Of a stretch of DNA of 64,000 bases, positions 33,473-47,562 are shown piece after piece (position 1 is the first letter of the stretch; the number at the start of each line of letters is the position of its first letter). The translations under genes were made by a program, and so were the position numbers. The notes under the pieces were generated by a model, which saw only the letters and a list, made by a program, of their open reading frames with translations, had not been told where the DNA came from and made no database searches. The DNA comes from the human T2T-CHM13v2.0 reference genome, Homo sapiens. The stretch is taken from assembly GCF_009914755.1 (NCBI RefSeq), contig NC_060945.1. One strand, given 5' to 3'.

Positions 33473-34484
33473 GGTACAAAAGAAGCATGTTCCCAGAGAA
33501 AGAGTTGTGATTCTCTCAGTCAGGAGAGAAAGATAAAGTGTGAAGGGAAGAACAAATTCCTGGAGTTTGATGTCACCTTCCTCCTAGAGACATCTGTATC
33601 TTTCCCCTCATTAAAAAGTGTGTCCCCACCTAACGACCTTCCTTTGTAGTGTGCATACTAATTGACTGAAAAATCCCTTTCTATAATCTTAAGTAGCAAT
33701 ATTTCCTAGTTCAGTAGGAAATTTACTTAATTTTGTGGAGGAATTAAAGCAACAAATTATAAGGCACATACACTGTTTTCAAAGAGTGGGTTTGGCTATG
33801 AAACCCATTCACCTTTGTTATTTCTCAAGGGACTGCTCTTTATGCAACAACTGTATTACTTTGTCTTTTGTGAAGGCTACTGTCAAGCCATTGTCAGCCT
33901 AGTATTTCACAGTATCCAAAACACACGAATGATTTGTGAGGGAAATCGTGTCAATGTATTTCTAGATGCAGCAAGTGATCAATAGAAATACATAGAACTT
34001 GGTCATGAGACAGTCTCCACATAAATCTCAGTGTGTTTAATCAAACCTATCCATTAACCCACAGAAAAATTCATGTTGGAATAGTGCAGCATATACATCC
34101 AAAGACCCAATTGCTCACCTGATCGTACCCACCTGGATGTTCTGCCTAGGTCTCAAATGCAGTAAGCTCTAAACAAAAATCATCATCCATCGCCCACCAC
34201 CTGTATCCTTTGACTGTGTTCCTTCTCTTGATAAAGGACACACTATCCACCCTGTCTTCCAGAATAGAAATTTCAAAACCATCTTTAAGTGCCAATTCTT
34301 TTGGCAGTCCCCCTTCACCTCCAATATCACTGGGACCTCTGGCCATCAAGAAAACACAACTCTAAACACCCTCTCATGACAATTTATTAGTTACATTAAA
34401 AAGAACTAAACTCATCACATGACATTCAAAATACCCAACATAGAGATTATTGATTTACACTTTGTCTTCCTCCCTTAATATTCA

Positions 34485-34761
<277 letters not shown>

Positions 34762-34762
<1 letters not shown>

Positions 34763-34876
34763 ATATATATATATGCATATGTTTGGGATTTATATATATA
34801 TCCCAAATATATATATTTATTATGCATATATATATGTACATATACACACACACATATATATTTGAATATATATACA

Positions 34877-34908
<32 letters not shown>
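34762..34908. repeat. Interrupted (TA)n tract
   Basis: Seen directly. Confidence 0.9.
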
Positions 34909-34909
<1 letters not shown>

Positions 34910-35101
34910 TTGAATCAGAGCAGAATTTGATTAGCCAGCCTGTTTGACACTTTATATCACAGAATGTAGACGATAAAATAATGTAATGATCCTTCAGGAT
35001 TATGCTGCATTGGCTCTTGCACAAGTCACATGGATATTTCCATCTTTCTTCTGTATATATCCATATATACAGGGTCTCCCTCTGTCACTTAGGCTGCAGG
35101 A

Positions 35102-35172
<71 letters not shown>
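35102..35172. repeat. (TG)n(TA)n microsatellite
   Basis: About 10 TG units followed by about 24 TA units. Confidence 0.93.
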
Positions 35173-35174
<2 letters not shown>

Positions 35175-36594
35175 TCACAATAACATTATTATGAAGCCAC
35201 ACTGACTCCAAATACACTAAGCATTGTTGGAGCCACACCAAACCTCACTGTTTTCTGAACACAGTGTAAGCTTTCATGACCCCACAGTTTGGGGCTTGCT
35301 GTTTCATCTATGGGAATCTACCCTCCCTTTTCTTCCCTCATTCTGCCCCATCCAACATCATTACTCCTCCCTTTACCTCGTGGGCCTCGTGATCTCATCT
35401 ATTCTTTAAGACCCAGTTCAAATTATTTTCTTTAGGAAATCTTCCCAGAAGTCTCCACCCCAGAGAAAAATCAATCCTCCTAACTTTATAGATCCACAGC
35501 ACTTTACATATGCTTCTCTATTGTGGTACTTACTTCGTGTTAACTGGTTACTTACATATCTGCTTCCTTACTATATTAGAAACTCCAAAGAGACATCGTC
35601 CAATTACTATCAGATATTCAATAAATATTCACCAGATGAATGAATCATTAGCTGAACAATTGGTTTAAATAGTAAAGTTATTCTAGTACTCTGTGATTTT
35701 TAATGTGTAAATGACATCTCAGAGTTACTGAAAACTCCCTTTTCAATACGTCTCCTGAGGTCATCTTATGCATTTCTTCTGTGGGAGATATGCAAATTTA
35801 GAAACTGAAATAAGAAAATAAAGCCATCAAATAAGAAATAAAAAAAGGAAAGGAGAAGGAGGAGAATCTAATCATAAACCATCAATTTTCCCTATGACCC
35901 TAAAGAGACCAGTCAGCAGCTTTGAAAAATCATTCACTTGATAGATTGTGCTCAGAAGTAAGTTCTTTGGAAAAAAAAAGAATTAGAAAAATATTCTAAA
36001 ATGCCAAAGGTTTTTGGGGTTTTGCAGTTGGTTTATTTGGCATTAGACTGTCACATCTCACTTTGAAAGGACAGAGTCACCCATCAGAACATTACACAAC
36101 TCAGTCAGCTGTATTTGCTCCTAAGTGTATTTTGCATTTTCAATTACAGTTGCACCAGAGATACAGCCAACCTCAAAGAATTTCACTGAGAGCCACTCAC
36201 ATAAAACATGGCCTCGACATGTTAATTTAGCAGCACACATGGAACACCGGAGAGCCTGGCAGCCTTAACTTTGAATCAGGGCAGAATTTGATCAGCCAGC
36301 CTGTCTGACCCTTTATATCACAGAATATAGATGATAAAATAATGTTATGATCCTTAAGGATTATGCTACACTGGCTACTGCACAAGTCACATGGATATTT
36401 CCATCTTCCTTCTTAAGATTCATGTGTCTTGGTCTTCTCACCCATATCTCACATTAGAAAAAGAGTGGAATCCATCTCGCGGGCCGGTTTCTCCGAGGCA
36501 CCTGGAACTCCTCTTCCCCAGTCTTTTCCAAAATGCCTTTCACAGAATGATAGTCTCACTAGAAGCTCCAGATAAATGGGTTCCATAGTTCTAA

Positions 36595-36648
36595 TGTGTG
36601 TGTGTATATATATATATACACATTAGATATACACATATATAGATATAT

Positions 36649-36686
<38 letters not shown>
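36595..36686. repeat. (TG)(TA)(CA) compound microsatellite
   Basis: Seen directly. Confidence 0.9.
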
Positions 36687-36688
<2 letters not shown>

Positions 36689-37358
36689 AATAGTATGTCC
36701 AGCCAGAGATTCATAGTACTTAGTAACAATATTAAATATCTGAGATGACTAAGGAAACAAATCATGTTAAATTAACTGGATCTGAATTTCTCAAACATCT
36801 GCCCTACTGAACACTTTTTTCTGTGCCACTGTTAATATTACATCAAAAAAGATGTTTACAGAAATTTACAAATAAAATACAGGATTCCAGTGACATCTGA
36901 GGTTCAGATAACAAAAATGTTTTAGTATGAGTATATCCCAAATACTTGTCCCAAATGGGATATCTATACTAAAAAAAACAAAAACAAAAAAAAAAAAAAA
37001 AAAAAAATTCAACAGTGAGAATTTGACATGGCAGAGGGATGGTGAGATCTTGTGAAGATGTCCTGAGGTGATAAAGAAAAGAAGCAATAGGATCCTGAGA
37101 TAGGAGATGGCAGACTCATCAACTAGCACCACCTATCAGTTTGCAGGTGCTCATCGCTATGCCAGCTCAGCCTTCCTGTGCCATCATAAGCCCCCAAGGA
37201 TTGCGGAGGTCACATCAAACAGAACAGGACGGACATCAGGAGTGGGCCAGGTCTTTGTGGTTTGAGAGCCAGCTGAGTCTTCTAGAGTAAAAACAGAAGT
37301 TTCCTGCATAGATTTATGTGCAGGATATCTGATACGTGTTATGAGCAGGATATCTTCT

Positions 37359-38108
37359 TTTTTTACGGTAGTAAATTTTTTTTATTATACTTTAACTTCT
37401 AGGGTAGATGTGCATAACGTGCGGGTTTATTACATAGGTATACATGTGCCATGTTGGTTTGCTGCACCCATCAACTCATCATTTACATTAGATATTTCTC
37501 CTAATGCTATCCCTCCCACAACCCCCCACCCCCTGACAGGCCCTGGTGGGTGATGTTCCCCACACTGTGTCCATGTGTTCTCATTGTTCAATTCCCATCT
37601 ATGAGTGAGAACATGTGGTGTTTGGTTTTCTGTCCTTGTTATAGTTTGCTGAGAATCATGGTTTCCAGCTTCATCCATGTCCCTGCAAAGAACATGAACT
37701 CATCCTTTTTTATGGCTGCATAGTATTCCGTGGTGTATATGTGCCACATTTTATTCATCCAGTCTATCATTGACGGACATTTGTGTTGGTTCCAAGTCTT
37801 TGCTATTGTGAATAGTGCCGCAATAAACATACGTGTGCATGTGTCTTTATAGTAGCATGATTTATAATCCTTTGGGTATATACCCAGTAATGGGACCGCT
37901 GGGTCAAATGGTATTTCTAGTTCTAGATCCTTGAGGAATCGCCACACCGTCTTCCACAATGGTTGAAATAATTTACACTCCCACCAACAGTGTAAAAGCA
38001 TTCCTATTTCTCCACATCCTCTCCAGCACCTGTTGTTTCCTGACTTTTTAATGATCGCCATTCTAACTGGTGTGAGATGGTATCTCATTATGGTTTTGAT
38101 TTGCATTT
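37359..38108 (-). mobile_element. L1PA (approximately PA7), 5'-truncated
   Basis: ORF2 C-terminal peptide (37639-38106) plus 3'UTR. 20-bp TSD TTATGAGCAGGATATCTTCT at 37339-37358 and 38107-38126. Confidence 0.92.
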
Positions 38109-38265
38109 ATGAGCAGGATATCTTCTATCTGTTGTTTATATCTTAGCAACAGTTATAAGACTCTGAGTAACATTTGAATTTCAGAAAAAATAAAAAATTT
38201 TTTTTTGCTAAATGAAACAGGTATAGAGGCCCTTGTCATAGAGCATAGAATCTAACAGGAAATAG

Positions 38266-38724
<459 letters not shown>

Positions 38725-39342
38725 TGTCATTTTTTATTGGACAACAAAATCACTCCCTCCCTACTTCCTCATCCATTAAATGAGGGAGTTGTATTAAATT
38801 AGTTCTAAGGTGTCGTCCAGCACTAACATCTTACAAAAACTATTGTTACACAATGAGAATAAGGGACAGAACTAGATAATGTAAGATGATACATGTGGTT
38901 TATGCATAATAAAAAGAAATAGAAAAATTAAGTTCCTTAGTTTCATTTATGGAGCTATTTTCTGGTCAATTCCTATTTTATTTCAAGAGAGAAATATCTA
39001 AATTATTTCCAATTATTGTAGACATTACCAGAATTAGCTCCTTTTAAATAAGCACTAATTGCTAAAGTCTCAATTTTAGACTGGAAGTATGTTCCCTGGG
39101 ATTTAAAAAATAATGCCTCCTAGAAAGATGGATCCTTAACTGCTGTACGCAATCCCTGAATTTATTAGATTAGTGCCCAAATGAAACCCTTCCTGTGAAT
39201 TCTTGTTTCCTAAAACAGGGCTCCTTTGGTGGGCAGATGAAAATAGAAATCTAGTTCAGATTTAGCCAACACTTTTAGAGTGCCTACTGTGAGTCAGACT
39301 TTAATTTCACACTCTTTCATTCTCACAGTCACATTATAAGGG

Positions 39343-39740
39343 ATGGTAGACACAAACTAACTCTTCACCAAACCCATTTTCTCTTCTTCCTTTGCCCACA
39401 TCAAGACCATATGAACCAGACTCCTTTCAAGAGTAGACATAAGAATGGAAACTTGCCAATGAAATGTGAGCAGAAGTCGTAGGGGTCACTTCCAAGGCAC
39501 CTCACAGAAATTTCCTATGTGTAGTCCCCCTGCTCTTTGACCTTCTGCAGCCACATTGGAAGCCATGAGTTGAAGCTACAAGAGGCACAAGACAGAAAGT
39601 GCCTATGTCTTCAAATCATATTGAAGAAGAGCTACCCACTAACTGGAATACCCATTGAAGGCTTGAAATGAGCAGGAAATAAATTCCCATTGGGTGAAGC
39701 CACTAGGACTACACAGTTTATCTTTTTGTTGTTGTTGTTA
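39343..39740 (+). mobile_element. Old MLT1 (MLT1I/J-like) LTR
   Basis: gccaatgaaatgtgagcagaagt...ggaagccatgagttgaag...gaaataaattcccattgggtgaagccact. Confidence 0.55.
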
Positions 39741-41318
39741 ACAACTTTGTGTATTCATTTTATTATATACCTACATTTACAAAATTGTAACAATGTGGCA
39801 TATTGTCTTATGTAATTGCATGACAAGAATATTTCCAGATCCTTAGTATTGTTTTAATGGCTACATTTGTATAGACATTGCCATGATTTATTTAACCACT
39901 CTACTACTGGCAAGATACTTATGTGTTTTCTAATTTTTGATATAAGAAGAAGCATATAATAAAATATCTCATTATAATTAATTATGCACATTTATGACTA
40001 TTTCTCATGAATTAAGTTCATAGGAATAGAAGTAATGGCGCAGTGCATAAACTCACTCTCTCTCTCTCATGGTAGCAATGCTTAGAATCCAAAGTGCATA
40101 TTCCTTTCATCCCGGAAATTTACACAGTCTGTCTTTTATAACAGTGAGCCTCAACCTTAGCTAATACTTGAAGTTAGCATTACTATCCTCATTTACACAG
40201 GAGGAGACAGTGACTGAGAGATCAAACAACTGAACTTACTGTCAATATGCTAGAACTGAATTCAATACCAGACCTCTCATTCCAAGTCCTGTGACTTTTC
40301 TAAAACAATGTTTTCCCTCTTCTAAAGTTTCTGATTTCTACAAGAATACTACATATGCTTTGCAGATCATTTGCAGGCTTTTCTTGAAAGAGAAATATTT
40401 TTCAAGCTCTTTCCAGAATCATATACAGAGATAAGGGAAGAGTCAATGAATTATTATCTTGGCAACAGCTAACGAAAAGATTAAATTCTTTCCTCGTTTT
40501 AATCAAATCAATTTGAAAAGGAATGCAACCCTTAATCCCAGGATTTATAACTATAACTTTTGTTCATGGAGTAAGCTTTGGGGGTAAATTCACTTCATTT
40601 TCCAGTGAACTTTATTTCCATATTTTATCATTTACCATGGAAAAAGAAAGATGAACAGACTATTGAATCTGTTGTTTAGGCCACCCAGTTTGTAGCACTT
40701 TGTTATGGCAGCCCCAGCAAACTAATCCAGATAGTTCTGCTAGGGATATGCAGAGAGGATGAGGCAGAAAAGAGGAACACTGGGATCAGTTAGGGGCTTA
40801 TTATGGACCCCAGTATAAGGCAATGGCTGCCCACCATAGCTAGAGGCGGAGGAAATGCTAAGAAAATCACCAAAAGAATTGTTATGGCTACTAAGAAGGA
40901 ACAATAGCTCTTGGTGTTTAATTAAATATGTCAAGTTAGGGGAAAAGAGGAGAAAAACTAATAACAAGATTTCAATTATAGGTGACATAGAAGATGGCAG
41001 CACCATTAACCAAGAGGCAAAAATTAGTATGATGAGAGTTTTTAGCAAAAGAATATTTGATTTTTGTGAAAATCTTCTCTGCCATTGCAATTGATGTGTT
41101 CCAAAGAATATTTGCATAGTCATTTTAAAAGTGTTTTCAATAAAGAGAAAGGTGGTTTAGGGGCTAGAGTTTCAGGCCCAAAACTGTAAAGTCTTTCTCA
41201 TGAAGAAATTTTAATAACTTGTTTTGGTGGTAAGTATATAGCTGAGAAATCTATACATCACTAAACAAATTCTACCCTAGACCACATCCAGTTCTGGATT
41301 AAGAGTAATCACCTGTCT

Positions 41319-41427
41319 GGGAGGGTCGCTTTAGCCTGGGAGGTTGAGGCTACAGTGAGCCATAATCGCACCACTGCACTCCAGCCTGGGTTACAGAATA
41401 AGACTCTGTCCTAAAAATAAAAATAAA
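41319..41427 (+). mobile_element. 5'-truncated AluJ-like right-arm fragment
   Basis: Perfect 18-bp TSD AAGAGTAATCACCTGTCT at 41301-41318 and 41428-41445. Confidence 0.88.
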
Positions 41428-41684
41428 AAGAGTAATCACCTGTCTTTCTTACAGGAACCAGCAACTATCATTAACATAATTATTACATATTCTTATCGTA
41501 TCATCTGTTTTAATAATAGGGCACAGAACAACTTACACAAAGCAATCATATTTGCTTATAATAGCTTTTTACTTGTGCTAATAGGTACTGGTTCCCAATC
41601 ATAATTGTTTCATACAAATCATGTCTAATTAATATAATAGATTATATTATAACAATTTGAGTTTTGAAAATTTCTTTGAATATT

Positions 41685-42005
<321 letters not shown>

Positions 42006-42737
42006 TTACTCTAGGCATCTCTCTGAACATGCCCATCAGGCAGTTAAACATAGGAAAGCACAGTTTACAAAAGAGATTGCAGCGAGAGATCCTAATAAGT
42101 AAAGCTTTCAGACTTATAAAGGCAAACACAAAGTCTTTCAAATAGGAAGCCATTTACAAACTCGTAAGCACAGGTAGGAGTTTTCAGAAAATCTAAAAAG
42201 ACCAAGCCTAGGTCTTTAACAAGGTTAAAGTCGAAGATCAGAGCCCACCTTTATCTATCTACATGGATAGCTTTAAAGGGACTGTTCCGGCCTGTGTCCC
42301 AATGTGTCGAGTATTCATTCCTGCTATTTGACCAAATCTCAATACCTTCCTTTGAGTCTTACAAGCTTTAGATCTCTCAGATTTAAAGTCAGATATTCCA
42401 AAGGTAGGTTATACTTTCAGCTTTCAACATAGTTTCATTATAAGCAAGCAACATATAAGTAAAAGGATAGAATATCCATCCATCCTTCACTGATAACTTG
42501 CATGATGTAGCATCTTGGTAAGCCTTTATATGCATTGGAGGAGAAAAGTAAGGCATTTGGAAGTAAAATGTGAAGCCCTAAGGGGAGCAAAGCATATAGG
42601 AGAAGATATTGAAGAATCAGTGAGTTTGTCCTTCACAACCCAACTATGAGCTTCAGGAGAGCAGGAATAGTAATGGCTTTGTTTTCCACTGCATAACCAG
42701 CACCTCGCATAGAAAGTTGAAACATTAGAGGTATTCT

Positions 42738-43044
42738 TTATTTATTTATTTATTTATTTTATTTTATTTATTTATTTTTTTTTTTGAGACAGACTCTCGC
42801 TCTGTCGCCAGGCTGGAGTGCAGTGGCGCAATCTCGGCTCACTACAACCTCCGCCTCCAGGTTCAAGCAATTCTCCCGCCTCAACCTCTCGAGTAGCTGG
42901 GACTACAGGCAAGCACCACCACGCCTGGCTAATTTTTTTGTATTTTTAGTAGAGACGGGGTTTCACTATGTTGGCCAGGATGGTCTCGATCTCCTGATTT
43001 CGTGATCCACCTGCCTTGGCCTCCCAAAGTGCTGGGATAACAGG
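42738..43044 (-). mobile_element. AluSc-like, slightly 5'-truncated, (TTTA)n tail
   Basis: 17-bp TSD AACATTAGAGGTATTCT at 42721-42737 and 43045-43061. Confidence 0.93.
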
Positions 43045-43234
43045 AACATTAGAGGTATTCTAATGTTTGTTGACAGAAAGTCAGAAGGGAGAGAGGGAGG
43101 AAAGGAGATGAAGAGGGAAAAGAGCAAAAGGAGATGGTGAGGGAAGGTGGCAGGAAGGGAAGAAGGGAGGGAGGAAATGAAGGGAGAAAAAGAGGGAGAA
43201 ATTTGATTTTGAGCTGGGACATTGAGATAATGTC

Positions 43235-43400
43235 CCGAAGACAATGGCCAAGAGATTTCAGTCTGGAATGGAGAAAAGTTCTGGAAATAGTGACATGATA
43301 TTGTGAATTTACTTAATGCCACTGAATTGTACACTTGAAAATACTTAAAATGACAACTTTTATGCTACATATATATTTTACCATGATAAAAAAAATTTTA
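43235..43400 (+). mobile_element. L1MB-like 3' end
   Basis: aaaagttctggaaatag...ttgtgaatttacttaatgccactgaattgtacacttgaaa, a typical L1MB terminus. Confidence 0.7.
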
Positions 43401-45608
43401 ATTAGATTTAAGTTGTTATCATCACTAGAGTATAAATGTTCTCTGTGTCCTCAAACTTTCTATAAAGTGTTAGAAACACAAATGCCTTGTGTAAGTGGAT
43501 CTTAGTGAAAATCATGGAAAGGAAGTGTAAATATCTGAATCACGGTAGTCTAAACAGAAGCCAACCATAACATAGGAAGAAAATTCATGAAATGAACTAA
43601 TTCTTCTCAAGTAGAAGCTCAGAGCCCAAGAAGGTAAGAAAAAAGTTAGACATCTTTCCCCAACCTGTCTACTCTCAGATTCCTCGGAGATGTTGGGAGC
43701 AGCCAAGACTTCCACCAAACAGCAAAAGGAGATAAGAGAGCTATTTTTGTTTCAATGTTAAATGACAGGATGGCTCAGCTGATACTTGGGTTACATGTGT
43801 ATTATCTCAATTTACTCCTGAAAACAAAGGTGTAAGATGCTACCATTATCTCCGGTTCACACACAAATGAGCTAACTAAGGCTCAGAAACGTCGACAAAC
43901 CTGCATCCAAGTGGCAGAACCAGGAAAAGTTACGCTCCTTCCCTGGAGCTATGAGATATTGGATACAAATTGCATTTCTAGGCTGTAAATGAAGAGAAAG
44001 AAATCATCACTGCCCTGTCTTTTAAAGGACTGTTCTCAAAAACAAACTTTGAAACTTTACAATTTATTATGTAATAAGGCAAAGAATGGAGAGAACTTCC
44101 AAAGTTCAAGTACAAATAGAATAGCTCTAATAGCAAAGAAGATGATTCCCAAAACAGAAATGAAGGCAAGAAAATAGCTTTGCAAGACAGCTACCACAGC
44201 CTTAAATGTTCACATTGTCACAATAAATAGCCCAGGCAAAAGCTTGCTCATATCTAACCATAAAGGCTATGTTCTTATATATTATTAATATAGAAATGTT
44301 ATCTATTAGAGCCAAGTAACCATCTAAATAAAAAGATAAAGAAGGTACCTCTGTCTTTATATTTTTTATTGAAATCTAGAAAGCTGAAAGTTAAAAAAAA
44401 TTAATCTGTCATCTTCTTAAAAAGTGGGAATTTTCCAAATTATATGTGAAGTGACTAAAATAAACAACAAATGAGAATCATGTAATAACAGTTTTGAAAG
44501 GGCAATGTAGAGTTCCCCTAGTGATTTCTATTTTAAAATAAATCAGAGCATTTCCAAAAGCCAGAGTGCTTATTTTAAAAAGAGAGGGCATGAAACTAAT
44601 ATAGACTAAAAACCATGTCTTGCTTTGTTGAGATATTACCATGAGCCATGCATACTAACATAATCCAATTAGGGGAATCCTAAGAGTAGAGCCATCAATG
44701 GGAAAAATTAAAAATATTGCATCTATATGGAAATCATCTATATATTTCACCTCTGAAAAACCATCAGAGAAATAAGAAATCCATTTTGCACTGACAACAC
44801 AGAGTGAGATCAAATTCTCCACAAGACACCAGCATTTCTGTTATGAAAAAAGACACCCATTGTTGATGGCATGTGTACCTCATATGTCTCCATTTTGTGT
44901 AAAAATCATCTGCTTTTGTATCTCCTTGAGCAACTCTGAAAAGAAAATCAAGATGTTTTTCTGGACAGAACAAATGAGAAGGGCAAAAGCAAACCAGTTG
45001 GTAGCCAGTCTTCACTTCCTTAAAAAAAAAAAAAAATGGCAAAAGGACTTAGCATGTCAACCTCCACCTATCCAGATGGTTTGATTTATTTAGTACACGA
45101 GTTCCAGGGAAGAACGAGCAAGAAGTATGACTAAGTATTAATATAAGCCAACAGGTTTTTAAGCTTCTTTTTAAGTCTCTCCTGCCCAGATTTACTAAAA
45201 CACAGAGCTTTAATTTTCTCAGGGCTCTGACTCGAACAGTCAATTGGTATCCCTCGTTGGCAGATTCTACTAATCCACTACCATGAGTGAGGTGGGTATA
45301 AAGCTAGAGCCACTCTTTTGATGTGATTAATTTCAGGGCCTGAAAAGTGCCTTCTCTTTCTTTCTCCTTCTCCTTCCATCCCGATTGATCATGGAGGAAT
45401 CTTTTCCAAAGGTTTCTACTGTGATCCTCTAACTAAATAAGACTCAGCACTTCTCAGTGATCCCACTGCTCCCTTCCCTGCACATCTTTCTGAAATACCT
45501 GGTTTTCTGGGTAACTTTTCTTTTTCCTAAATGTAAGTTATTCCATGTGCCCCTAGAAATGGAAGGAGACGTAGAAGACAAGTTACTCCTAGAAATCTCA
45601 TAGCCCTG

Positions 45609-45921
<313 letters not shown>

Positions 45922-46094
45922 TCATAGCCCTTACTTCACCGCACAGCTGAAGACTCTCTCTGAACAAGTAAAATATAAGATAATCCTTGGTTTGGTCACA
46001 GGGCATAATGATTAAGCCCATATTCTAGGCTCAGGAAAAAAAAAATCAGACCCTGATCAGCAAAGACTCTTGCAAACAAGGAGCTCTGTTGAGA

Positions 46095-46366
46095 AAACTA
46101 AATACCACCTGTTCTCACTAATAAGTAGGAGCTAAACATTAGGTACACGTGGACATAAAGATAAAAACAATAGACACTGGCAACTGGAAGAGCGGGGAGT
46201 GAGGAAGAGGAAAAGGGTTGGAAAACTACCTATTGGGTACTATGTTCAATACCTGACAGATGGGTTCAATCATACCCCAAACCTCAGCATCACACAGTAT
46301 ACCCCTGTAGCAAACCTGCACATGTACCCCGCAAAAACTAAATTAAAAGTTGAAATGTTTAAAAAA
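46095..46366 (+). mobile_element. Old primate L1 3' end (L1PA16/L1PB-like)
   Basis: Recognisable L1 3'UTR (aaactacctattgggtactatg...aaacctgcacatgtacccc). Degenerate TSD TCTG(T/C)TGAGA. Confidence 0.8.
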
Positions 46367-46409
46367 GAATTCTGCTGAGACATACATTTGCAATGCCAAC
46401 TAATGCAGG

Positions 46410-46415
46410 TTTATT
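46410..46415 (-). terminator. Polyadenylation signal AATAAA of KRTAP11-1
   Basis: Plus TTTATT at 46410-46415, about 360 bp after the stop codon. First canonical signal I see downstream of the CDS. Confidence 0.75.
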
Positions 46416-46775
46416 GAGAAATACATGGTGAGACAAGCTCTGTTTTTGTGAGACACAAAAGCAGAGGCCAGGAGATACAGCAGCAAGGTGAAAACATGTC
46501 AAAAGCATCAGAGACTGGGGTGTGGATGGTAAAGCTTCTGGACACATCCAGAGGCATACACAGCACCAGTGAGCAACCCTTAAAACAAGCTTAGGGCTGG
46601 CCAGAAAAATTTTAGAGTGCTAAAGACAGCGTGTGCATGGATAGTAGCCAGCAGTCAGGCGGTCACAAGAAGGGTCAGCTATGAAGAGCTATTCAGGGAC
46701 AAGCAGCATGCTGGAAGATCCTGGAAACAGCTGGCAGGTCGTGGAGTCTTGATTCGCTCACTGGCTCCTACACAC

Positions 46776-47267
46776 TTAGCAGGTTCTTCGGCAGCTGGAC
46801 ACGCAGGACTGCTGATACGTCCTGGAGACCCCACAGGCTGGCTGGCAGACAGTAGAGACTCCTCCCACTGGTTGGCAGACAGTAGAGATGCCGCCCACTG
46901 GTTGGCAGACACTGGAGATGCCTCCCAGGGGCTGACTTCCACTAGAGACAAAGGTGAGCGGCCGGCTGTAGGTAGTTGAGCAGGGGTTGGAAATACAGGT
47001 AGTTTGTCGAGAGCAAGTCACCTGGCAAGGGTTGGAGACACATGAAGTTCGCCGGTAACAGGTTGGCTGGCAAGCAGTGGGCTCACAGCAGGTCTCTTGA
47101 CAGTGGTCCAGGAGCCAAGAGCCAGTCTGGAAGGAACTGGGCAAACAGATGCCGCCCAGGCAGTCAGCATCAGTGGTGGAAGTCGTGGTAACTTGGGCCA
47201 CTGGAACAATGCAGCGTCCTCCAATGGGCCTGGAAGAGCAATTTCTTGTGGAGCAGTTGAAGGACAT
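46776..47267 (-). CDS. KRTAP11-1: Keratin-associated protein 11-1 (hair KAP, single coding exon, 163 aa)
   Basis: Intact 163-aa ORF MSFNCSTRNCSSRPIGG...CLPSSFQTGSWLLDHCQETCCEP...SSCRRTC. Cys/Ser/Thr-rich with a PMG-type N-terminus and C-terminal decapeptide repeats (CQPVGGISTV). Flanked by a TATA box and AATAAA in the expected geometry. Protein recognised from memory. Confidence 0.96.
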   Translation of the reverse strand: MSFNCSTRNCSSRPIGGRCIVPVAQVTTTSTTDADCLGGICLPSSFQTGSWLLDHCQETCCEPTACQPTCYRRTSCVSNPCQVTCSRQTTCISNPCSTTYSRPLTFVSSGSQPLGGISSVCQPVGGISTVCQPVGGVSTVCQPACGVSRTYQQSCVSSCRRTC

Positions 47268-47342
47268 GATGTCAGACAGAGGGCTGCAGGTAGCTTGCTG
47301 AAGTTACCTCCTGAGTTGTGAATGTCACTCCAGACTCCTGAG

Positions 47343-47352
47343 CTTTTATATA
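47343..47352 (-). promoter_or_regulatory. TATA box of KRTAP11-1
   Basis: Minus-strand TATATAAAAG about 76-85 bp upstream of the ATG, typical of KRTAP promoters. Confidence 0.85.
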
Positions 47353-47469
47353 TCCTTGCTGGTGGGTGGGGCTCTCTCCCTGGTCTCCGTGGCTTCTTTG
47401 GCTCAGACCAGTTTGCCTTAGAACATCTTGTGAATCTACACATTAATTGTCTCTTAAGAAGCCTTCACC

Positions 47470-47477
47470 CTCATAAA
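47470..47477 (-). promoter_or_regulatory. HOXC13-type motif TTTATGAG
   Basis: Plus CTCATAAA reads TTTATGAG on the gene strand in the proximal promoter. HOXC13 is an established regulator of hair keratin/KAP genes. Short motif, so a chance match is possible. Confidence 0.45.
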
Positions 47478-47554
47478 GAAAGTTTAGTAGTTTGGTAACT
47501 AAATCACAAGTCTTCTGTACTGTACTTAGTCTGATTAAGAAGGCTGGTTGGCAG

Positions 47555-47562
47555 CTTCAAAG
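47555..47562 (-). promoter_or_regulatory. LEF1/TCF (HK-1) motif CTTTGAAG
   Basis: Plus strand CTTCAAAG reads CTTTGAAG on the gene strand, about 200 bp upstream of TATA. This motif is established at a similar position in hair keratin/KAP promoters. Confidence 0.65.

Noticed and set aside
46617-46979. 120-aa plus-strand ORF with repeated HWLADSRD-like motifs (and the 46679-46951 alternate frame)
   Set aside because: Antisense or out-of-frame shadow of the 30-bp KRTAP repeat unit.
47018-47443. 141-aa minus-strand ORF overlapping KRTAP11-1 in another frame
   Set aside because: It starts upstream of the TATA box, so it lies outside the expected mRNA, and has no recognisable protein features.
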